From contig JBBIJQ010000044.1 in the NCBI GenBank assembly GCA_037445915.1, positions 1 to 15,829 of the forward strand: a DNA stretch of 15,829 nucleotides, given 5' to 3'. This stretch comes from Planctomycetales bacterium. GTDB lineage: Bacteria; 4484-113. The notes beneath the pieces were generated by a model, which was given only the letters and a program-made list of their open reading frames with translations, did not search any database and was not told where the DNA came from. This document shows positions 1 to 6,116 of the stretch, piece by piece. A program made the position numbers and the translations under genes. Numbering within the stretch: the first letter of the stretch is position 1; each line of letters begins with the position of its first letter.

Positions 1-1258
1 TGGACACATATAGAGTAAAGAGGTAAGCATCGCTCCCATAGGGGCTTGTTACAGTCAGCGAGGCAGAGTATCCTCCCGCTACCCCGAGCGTCACTGTAGG
101 GCTAACTTCCGCGCTCGTGTTGGGCGTGGCCCCGCCGCCAAAGTCCCAGGCGTAGCTCATCGGCGGCGTGCCGCTTACTACAGCCGTGAACGAAACGTCG
201 CTTCCCGCATACCCTTCAGTTGGAAAAACGCTCGCAATCACCGGCGGTTCTGGCGCAGCTGTTACTAGTAGTGTGAACTCAAATGTGTCCACGCCGTAAT
301 CGTTCGTAACGGTTAGCGAAGTGTTATAACTTCCCGCCGCCCCAAGCGTTACCGTAGGCGCTTCTTCCGCGCTTTCATTAGGCGTTGCCCCGCCTCCAAA
401 GCTCCATGCGTATGCCAAGGGCTGCGCGCCTGCAACAACTGCGCCGAACGTTACCTCAGTGCCGGCAACTCCTTCGGATGGCGTCACCGTGGCTATCACC
501 GGAGGCGCGCCCACAGTATTACTTGCAATCCCTTCCATCCCCTCGCCGTCCACGGGAATTACCCGGTAATAGGCGTATGCGAGGGCGGGCAAGATGACGT
601 GGAATAAAAGGCGCCCGTTAGCCTCCGCATCGGCTAAAACAACCTCTGCGTCCGTTGTCCACGGGCCGGCTATATCATCAGCCCCTTGCACCCGGTAACC
701 GGCGCAACTTGTGAGGAAGTTCATCGCCAAAGGAGTGACGTCCTCAATCCCCACCCTGCGGTTGCCGCTGCCGTCAACGACTGCGGGCAGCGTGTTCTCT
801 TCGCCTTCTACCCACGCAGCCCCGTAGTGTGTGGCTAATGGCTCTATGTCATCAATGCCAACTTCACCATTTTGGCTGTAATCGCCAAGGTTGCGGTAAT
901 GCCAAGCAAGAGTGTATGTTCCATCGCCGTTATCCGCAAGGACAAGGCCGGTAACTGCATTGGATTCGCCCGCAGGCGGCTTGGAGACAAGCTTGCCAGA
1001 TCCTCTGGCGCGAAGCTGCCTTGCCAGCTCGTCCTTAAGCCGCTGGAACAGCGCCGCATCCGCGCCCATAGGCGCTTCCAGCGCATCAAGCTGCGCCAGC
1101 GCGTCGCTCAGTGAAACTTCCGCCGCCGGCCTGGCGCTGGCCATAGACAGCAAGCCCGCTGATTTGTTGGCCTGGCCCCCGCAGTTGCTGGCCGCGAGCA
1201 GGCAGATGAAGATTGCCAGCGACACGATTGTAATGCGTAGATAACCGAAGATACCCAT
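1..1258 (-). CDS. Putative lipoprotein with dockerin-like module and tandem PKD domains (5' part; continues beyond window start)
   Basis: Manually translated open frame from ATG at 1258 (RBS-like GAAGGGGAAG upstream) to the window edge: MGIFGYLRITIVSLAIFICLLAASNCGGQ... The hydrophobic signal ends in CGG. Paired motifs GDYSQNGEVGIDDIEPLA / DGSGNRRVGIEDVTPLA, and two PKD-type repeats with YAWSFGGG and YAWDFGGG followed by SLTVT..YG.D. Confidence 0.88.
   Translation of the reverse strand, partial: MGIFGYLRITIVSLAIFICLLAASNCGGQANKSAGLLSMASARPAAEVSLSDALAQLDALEAPMGADAALFQRLKDELARQLRARGSGKLVSKPPAGESNAVTGLVLADNGDGTYTLAWHYRNLGDYSQNGEVGIDDIEPLATHYGAAWVEGEENTLPAVVDGSGNRRVGIEDVTPLAMNFLTSCAGYRVQGADDIAGPWTTDAEVVLADAEANGRLLFHVILPALAYAYYRVIPVDGEGMEGIASNTVGAPPVIATVTPSEGVAGTEVTFGAVVAGAQPLAYAWSFGGGATPNESAEEAPTVTLGAAGSYNTSLTVTNDYGVDTFEFTLLVTAAPEPPVIASVFPTEGYAGSDVSFTAVVSGTPPMSYAWDFGGGATPNTSAEVSPTVTLGVAGGYSASLTVTSPYGSDAYLFTLYVS
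2..505 (-). repeat. Two tandem PKD-like domain repeats (258 nt / 86 aa period) inside the lipoprotein
   Basis: PPVIATVTPSEGVAGTEVTF..YAWSFGGGATPNESAEEAPTVTLG (begins 505) versus PPVIASVFPTEGYAGSDVSF..YAWDFGGGATPNTSAEVSPTVTLG (begins 247). Confidence 0.85.
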
Positions 1259-1312
1259 GAACTTCCCCTTCAACCAAACTACAGGGTTTTTCAACCCCGC
1301 TCGGTCTGGAGA

Positions 1313-1321
1313 ATTATAACA
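1313..1321 (-). promoter_or_regulatory. Extended -10 promoter element (TGtTATAAT) for the PKD lipoprotein gene
   Basis: Reverse complement of 1313-1321 is TGTTATAAT, about 55 nt upstream of the ATG at 1258. No convincing -35. Confidence 0.6.
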
Positions 1322-1367
1322 GTTTCCTCTAATGCGCAGCCTTCCTCCATCCGGTTTGCTTTTGGCA

Positions 1368-1396
1368 TAGACGAGTCTATACGGCGCTGCTATAAT
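1368..1396 (+). promoter_or_regulatory. Sigma70-type promoter for the EF-G2 gene
   Basis: TAGACG (1368-1373), 17 nt spacer, TATAAT (1391-1396) with extended TG (1388-1389). GGAG RBS precedes ATG 1431. Confidence 0.7.
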
Positions 1397-1430
1397 CTTT
1401 AGTTCGCAACCATCCTGCAACGGAGACGAA

Positions 1431-3503
1431 ATGGCACAGGTTCCAACCGACAAGAAGCGCAACATCACACTGGTCGGGCATGGCGGAAGCGGCAAGACCA
1501 CGCTGGCCGAAGCCATCCTTTTCAGCCAGGGCGTAACTACGCGCCTGGGCAGAGTTGACGAGGGCAACACCATCTCCGACCACACGGCCGAAGAGATACG
1601 CAAAAAGCACTCCATCTATTCAAGCGTGCTCCCCTTCAGCTATAAGGGCTATCAGATAAACCTGATGGACGCGCCCGGCTACCTGGACTTCGTCGGCGAG
1701 ATGGTAAGCTCGCTGACCGTCTCCGACGGCGCGGTCATCGTCGTGAATGCTCAGGCCGGTATTGAGTCGCAGACCATCCGCGCCTACGACTATGCCGCCG
1801 AGCGAGGGCTGGCGCGCATCTTCTTCGTGAACCACCTGGACAAGGAAGGCACCGAATACGAGGCGGTCGTTGAGGCGCTGCGCGAGCAGTTCGGTAAGGC
1901 CGTCGCGCCGCTCATCGTCCCCATCGGCGAAGGCCCCGGGCTCAAGGGCGTGGCGAATGTCCTAACGAAGGAAGCGTATTACCACGCCGACGGCAAGCTC
2001 ACCAAAGAGCCGGCCCCAGCGGCGATGGCTGACCAGCTTGAGAAGCTGCGCTTCGGCCTTGTGGAGAGTATCGTGGAGCAGGACGAGAAGCTCTTTGAAA
2101 AATACCTTGGCGATGAGGCTATCACCGACGCGGAACTCGCCGCGGTGCTGGCGAAAGGCACACGCGAAGGCAACCTCGTCCCCGTCATTGCAGGCGCCGC
2201 AGCATTATTGCAGGGCATTGACCCGCTGATGGACGCGGTAATTGGGTTGTTGCCTTCGCCCGATGAGCGCGGCAAGTTAAAGCTAACCGGCAAAGACGGC
2301 AAGCCGACCGAGTTGCCTGTTTCGCCCGATGCGCCGCTGGCCGCGCATGTATTCAAGGTCGTAGGCGAATCTAAGCTTGGCGAGCTGACGTACTTCAAGG
2401 TCGCCAGCGGCAAGGTGCGCCCTGGCGACACTGTTTACAACGCGTCGCGCGGCGAAGTTGAGAAGATTGCGTCGCTGGTCACGATGCTCGGAAAGACGCG
2501 CGCTGACCTGACCGAGGCGACCGCCGGCGACATCGTTGCGACCGTCAAGCTCAAGTTCACGCATATCGGCGACACGCTGTGCTTGAAAGAGCAGCAGGTC
2601 ACATTCCCGCCGGTTGTTTACCCGAAGGCCGTCTCATACGAAGCCATTGAAGTTGAAGACAAAGCGCTGCTGGAGAAAGTCTCGGCAGGGCTTAACCAGA
2701 TACACGAAGAAGACCCCACACTTCGCCCCGAGATGAACGACCTCACGCGCCAGCTCGTTGTATACGGCATGGGCGAGCTGCACCTCGGCGTTGTGCGCGA
2801 GAAGCTCAACGAACGCTTCGGCGTGAAGATTGACTGGGCGAAGCCGCGCGTGCCCTACAAGGAAACCATCGGCGGAGTTTCGCAGGCGCAAGGCAAATAC
2901 AAGAAACAGACGGGAGGGCGCGGCCAGTATGGCGATGTCTGGCTGAAGCTTGAACCGCTCAAGGACAAGGAATTTGAGTTCGTGGACGCCATCGTCGGCG
3001 GCGTTGTGCCAAACAAGTTCATCCCTGCAGTGGAAAAGGGCGTAGTGGAAGTAATGGCGGGCGGCGTGCTCGCGGGCTACCCTGTGTCCTACGTGAAAGT
3101 CACCGCCTACGACGGCAGCCACCACACTGTGGACTCCAGCGAGATGGCTTACAAAATTGCGGCGTCTATGGGCTTCAAGAAAGCGTTCATGGACGCCAAG
3201 CCCACGCTCCAGGAACCCGTCTACCGGCTGAAAATCAGCGTGCCCGACGAATACCTCGGCGATGTCATGGGCGACCTGAACTCGCGGCGCGGGCGCGTGC
3301 TCGGCGTGAGCGGCAGCGGCAAGATGAAAGTCGTGGAAGCGAACGTGCCGCTGGTTGAGGTATATAAATACATCAACACGCTGCGCTCAATGACGCAGGG
3401 CGTGGGGCACTACGAAATGGAGTTTGACCATTACGCCGAAGTGCCGCCGCAGATCGCCCAGGGCGTCATCGAATCCGCGAAGATCGACCGCGAAGAAGAA
3501 TAA
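1431..3503 (+). CDS. fusA2: Elongation factor G paralogue (EF-G2 / EF-G-like)
   Basis: 690 aa with full EF-G architecture: G1 GHGGSGKTT, G3 DAPGY, G4 NHLD, GMGELHL, PRVPYKETI, KKQTGGRGQYG, DGSHHTVDSSEMA, GDVMGDLNSRRG, LRSMTQG. Divergent G motifs and no rpsL/rpsG/tuf context indicate the EF-G2 subfamily. Confidence 0.93.
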   Translation: MAQVPTDKKRNITLVGHGGSGKTTLAEAILFSQGVTTRLGRVDEGNTISDHTAEEIRKKHSIYSSVLPFSYKGYQINLMDAPGYLDFVGEMVSSLTVSDGAVIVVNAQAGIESQTIRAYDYAAERGLARIFFVNHLDKEGTEYEAVVEALREQFGKAVAPLIVPIGEGPGLKGVANVLTKEAYYHADGKLTKEPAPAAMADQLEKLRFGLVESIVEQDEKLFEKYLGDEAITDAELAAVLAKGTREGNLVPVIAGAAALLQGIDPLMDAVIGLLPSPDERGKLKLTGKDGKPTELPVSPDAPLAAHVFKVVGESKLGELTYFKVASGKVRPGDTVYNASRGEVEKIASLVTMLGKTRADLTEATAGDIVATVKLKFTHIGDTLCLKEQQVTFPPVVYPKAVSYEAIEVEDKALLEKVSAGLNQIHEEDPTLRPEMNDLTRQLVVYGMGELHLGVVREKLNERFGVKIDWAKPRVPYKETIGGVSQAQGKYKKQTGGRGQYGDVWLKLEPLKDKEFEFVDAIVGGVVPNKFIPAVEKGVVEVMAGGVLAGYPVSYVKVTAYDGSHHTVDSSEMAYKIAASMGFKKAFMDAKPTLQEPVYRLKISVPDEYLGDVMGDLNSRRGRVLGVSGSGKMKVVEANVPLVEVYKYINTLRSMTQGVGHYEMEFDHYAEVPPQIAQGVIESAKIDREEE

Positions 3504-3515
3504 TTCAGCGCTGGG

Positions 3516-3540
3516 CAGGCGGCTATTCAGAGCCGCTCTG
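3516..3540 (+). terminator. GC-rich hairpin downstream of EF-G2 (possible terminator or stabiliser)
   Basis: GCGGCT-ATTCAG-AGCCGC stem, extendable with CAG/CTG across a bulge. No U-tract. Confidence 0.35.
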
Positions 3541-3559
3541 GGTCTAGTACTCATTCCTG

Positions 3560-3624
3560 GTGGCGCGGCCGTCTCGGCCGTGATTCCTGACAATTCCCTT
3601 ACACGGGCGTGACGCCCGCGCTAC
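3560..3624. repeat. Inverted pair of 23-nt REP-like palindromes (REPIN-like doublet)
   Basis: GTGGCGCGGCCGTCTCGGCCGTG (3560-3582, +) and GTAGCGCGGGCGTCACGCCCGTG (reverse complement of 3602-3624) are 19/23 identical. Each is a GTRG foot plus hairpin, with a 19-nt spacer between copies. Confidence 0.75.
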
Positions 3625-3639
3625 TGCTCGCTCATCACC

Positions 3640-3648
3640 TGCTACAAT
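3640..3648 (+). promoter_or_regulatory. Extended -10 element (TGcTACAAT) 9 nt upstream of the cupin ATG
   Basis: TGCTACAAT at 3640-3648, then CCCCTCGCC and ATG 3658. No Shine-Dalgarno sequence. Confidence 0.5.
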
Positions 3649-3657
3649 CCCCTCGCC

Positions 3658-4020
3658 ATGACTGAATACGAAATCCACACCGATATCGCCTATAAGCCCC
3701 TGGAAATCATTGACGCTGGCAAGCTCGCCGATGATTGCGCACAGGATTGGTGGAACCAGACGCTTTGCCAAGTCAACGACTGCGCCGTGCGCTTAGGCGT
3801 CTTCCACGGCGAGTTTCACTGGCACAAGCACGACAGCGAAGACGAGCTGTTTTTCGTGCTTGAGGGCAAGCTCCTGCTTGACACCGAGGGCGCGACCGCC
3901 GAGCTTCTCCCGCGCCAGGGAATGCTCATCCCGCGCGGCGTCCTCCACCGCACCCGCGCCGAAACTCGCACCGTCGTCCTTATGGTTGAAGCCGCCACCG
4001 TCACGCCGACCGGGGATTAA
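3658..4020 (+). CDS. Cupin domain protein (Cupin_2 / mannose-6-phosphate isomerase-like)
   Basis: Cupin motif 1 GEFHWHKHDSEDELFFVLEG and motif 2 IPRGVLHRT; 120 aa. Confidence 0.9.
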   Translation: MTEYEIHTDIAYKPLEIIDAGKLADDCAQDWWNQTLCQVNDCAVRLGVFHGEFHWHKHDSEDELFFVLEGKLLLDTEGATAELLPRQGMLIPRGVLHRTRAETRTVVLMVEAATVTPTGD

Positions 4021-4064
4021 TCGCAGCCCTTTCCCTGCCTATCCCGAAACGGTGTAGAAGCCCT

Positions 4065-4199
4065 ACGCTGAAGATTGCGGGCGCCGCCGCGTGCGCCGCC
4101 GTCATCTATTACTACACGCGCTGGGTGCGCGCCGATGCAGCGCGCATGCTCGCCTCCCGCGAGCCCGATATCTGGCGCTCCCTCAAAGACCCCTTCTAG
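4065..4199 (+). pseudogene. Start-less C-terminal remnant of a probable membrane protein gene
   Basis: Frame reads TLKIAGAAACAAVIYYYTRWVRADAARMLASREPDIWRSLKDPF*. 38 of 44 codons end in G/C. Hydrophobic segment followed by a charged tail. No ATG/GTG/TTG between the upstream in-frame stop (3987-3989) and this segment. Confidence 0.5.
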
Positions 4200-4383
4200 G
4201 GGCTTGCATTGTTTCCAGAACACCCACGTTATCGCGCTGCCTACCCCTCCCCAACCTCTAAAAGATAACAAACTGCCCCGTGCGTCAAAACAATAGCTGC
4301 GTTGTTCGGGTAGATGATCATGCTTCCTGTTAGAAAACAAGCAAGGATTACTAATGGGTGGCGAATTTCTTTTGGGGACGAAA

Positions 4384-5586
4384 ATGGCTGAACATGATAC
4401 TGATGCCGTGAAGCGGCAGGAAATGCTGAAGGCAATCATCCGTGACCTGCATGCGGGAGCGGAATTCAGCGAGATCAAGGCTCGCTTTGCCGCGCTAATC
4501 AAGAGCGTGAAACCCGGCGAAATCGCGCAGATGGAGCAGGCGCTGATTGCCGAGGGAATGAACGAGAACGAGATAACCAAGCTTTGCGACGTCCATGCCG
4601 CGCTGTTTCAGGATGCAATAGAGCATGGGGAACCTATGCCGCTTGAACAATCGCATCCTTTGGACACGCTTAAGCGGGAAAACATTGCACTGAGTGAAGT
4701 AGCGCAGGGGCTTAAAGCACTGCTTACTTCGCTGGGAACGCCCCCAGACTCCGGTGAGTTCAAAGCAAAGGCCGCCCAGATTACTACGCAGGTGAGCAAG
4801 CTCGCCGAGGTGGAGAAGCACTACCTTAAGAAGGAAAACCAGCTTTTCCCGGTGATGGAGAAGCGCGGCATGTCAGGGCCGCCGAAGGTGATGTGGTCGG
4901 TGCACGATGAAACGCGCGACGTTCTCAAAGCGCTTCGCAAGGGGCTTGAGGCAGGCGATGCGCATGTCGCGGCGGCAAACGGAATCCTCCTCGCCGACCG
5001 CATAAGCGAGATGATATTCAAGGAAGAGAACATTCTGTTCCCCATGGTCATGGAGAAGCTGCTGCCCGAAGACTGGGAAGCCGTGCGCAGGGGCTCAAGC
5101 GAGATAGGCTATGCGCTGATTGAGCCGCCGGTATGCGAAGAAGTGCTTGAGGATGCCTCGCGTGCGCAGGTGCTCGGCGGTGGTAAGCTGCCGTTCAGGA
5201 CTGGCGCAATGACGCTGGAGCAAGCTAACTTGATGCTCACTCACTTACCCGTGGACATCAGCTTCGTGGACGAGAATGACGAAGTTGCTTACTACACCGA
5301 CACCAAGGACCGCATCTTTCCCCGCAGCGAAGGCGTGATAGGGCGAAAGGTGCAGGATTGCCACCCGCCCGCGAGTGTAAACATCGTCAACTCCATCATC
5401 CAGTCGTTTCGCCGCAAGGAAAAGAATGTCGCCGAGTTCTGGCTGACGCTTAACGGCCGCTTCATCCACATCCGCTACTTCGCAGTGCGCGACGCCAAAG
5501 GCGTTTACCGTGGCGTCATGGAGATGGCGCAGGATGTCACCGATATTCGCAAGCTGGAGGGAGAGCGGAGGCTGCTTAACTGGTAA
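4384..5586 (+). CDS. DUF438 domain protein with hemerythrin-like (HHE) and C-terminal PAS domains
   Basis: ATG 4384 with GGGG RBS preferred over 4354. N-terminal LKAIIRDLHAG...EIAQMEQALIAEG..LCDVH (DUF438-like); HPLDTLKREN, KHYLKKENQLFP, MWSVHDE, MIFKEENILFP (hemerythrin-like); LPVDISFVDEND, RIFPRS..VIGRKVQDCHPP, FIHIRYFAVRD..G.YRGVMEMAQDVT (PAS_10-like). Confidence 0.88.
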   Translation: MAEHDTDAVKRQEMLKAIIRDLHAGAEFSEIKARFAALIKSVKPGEIAQMEQALIAEGMNENEITKLCDVHAALFQDAIEHGEPMPLEQSHPLDTLKRENIALSEVAQGLKALLTSLGTPPDSGEFKAKAAQITTQVSKLAEVEKHYLKKENQLFPVMEKRGMSGPPKVMWSVHDETRDVLKALRKGLEAGDAHVAAANGILLADRISEMIFKEENILFPMVMEKLLPEDWEAVRRGSSEIGYALIEPPVCEEVLEDASRAQVLGGGKLPFRTGAMTLEQANLMLTHLPVDISFVDENDEVAYYTDTKDRIFPRSEGVIGRKVQDCHPPASVNIVNSIIQSFRRKEKNVAEFWLTLNGRFIHIRYFAVRDAKGVYRGVMEMAQDVTDIRKLEGERRLLNW

Positions 5587-5618
5587 GCCGCGCTAATCTC
5601 TTAGCTGCCAGCAACCTA

Positions 5619-5647
5619 TTGACCTTGTAACTGATAACTGCTAGCAT
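5619..5647 (+). promoter_or_regulatory. Sigma70 promoter of the PerR-led operon, overlapping a candidate Fur/Per-type 7-1-7 operator
   Basis: TTGACC (5619-5624), 17 nt spacer, TAGCAT (5642-5647) with extended TG (5639-5640). Imperfect palindrome TGATAAC-T-GCTAGCA at 5632-5646. Confidence 0.7.
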
Positions 5648-5677
5648 TAGGAACTACTATTATTGCGATGGACACCA

Positions 5678-6115
5678 ATGGATAAGCCAAATACTACAGG
5701 TCCCACCCGGATGACCCGGCAGCGTAAAGTCATCATGGAAGCGCTTAAGCACACAACCTCCCATCCAACGGCAGATGAGGTTTATGCGATTGTGCGGACA
5801 AAGCTGCCGAACATCAGCCTGGCGACGGTTTACCGGAACTTAGTGCTATTGACCGAGGCCGGCTTGGCATCCAAGCTTGAGATGGGCGGGCCGCCAAAGC
5901 GCTTTGACGGGCGTGCTGCGACACACTGCCACATTCGGTGCCTGTCCTGCGGCAAGGTTGACGACTTGACAGCGGATCCTGCGATTGACCTGCGCCCAGC
6001 GATGCGCGCTTTATCCGGCTACGAAGTCACAGGGCACAGGCTTGATATCGTGGGCTACTGCCCGCGCTGCAAAGCGCAGCGCGACAAGGCTTATAAAAAC
6101 AACCCGGGTCGGTAA
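5678..6115 (+). CDS. perR: Fur-family transcriptional repressor, PerR-like
   Basis: MTRQR, HPTADEVY, ISLATVYRNL, RFD-x5-HCH, CLSCGKVDD, CPRC. Asp at the B. subtilis PerR D104-equivalent position, and it heads an oxidative-stress operon. Start at ATG 5678 is a best guess. Confidence 0.85.
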   Translation: MDKPNTTGPTRMTRQRKVIMEALKHTTSHPTADEVYAIVRTKLPNISLATVYRNLVLLTEAGLASKLEMGGPPKRFDGRAATHCHIRCLSCGKVDDLTADPAIDLRPAMRALSGYEVTGHRLDIVGYCPRCKAQRDKAYKNNPGR

Positions 6116-6116
6116 G

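Noticed and set aside
385..1277. ORF-track entries 385-597, 844-1089, 872-1114, 912-1244, 1086-1277
   Set aside because: All overlap the real minus-strand PKD lipoprotein frame (ATG 1258), which the track omitted.
4289..4306. AACAA-N8-TTGTT palindrome upstream of the DUF438 gene
   Set aside because: Only 5-bp arms, no match to a regulator consensus I can name and no clear promoter beside it.
4017..4580. 187-aa minus ORF and 73-aa plus ORF (4075-4296) in the cupin-DUF438 gap
   Set aside because: No motifs or RBS. The minus ORF overlaps DUF438 antisense, and the coding-like bias lies in a different frame (4065-4199).
5985..6116. 44-codon N-terminal extension of the ATPase
   Set aside because: Overlaps the conserved perR C-terminus. 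HMA homology begins at TTG 6117.
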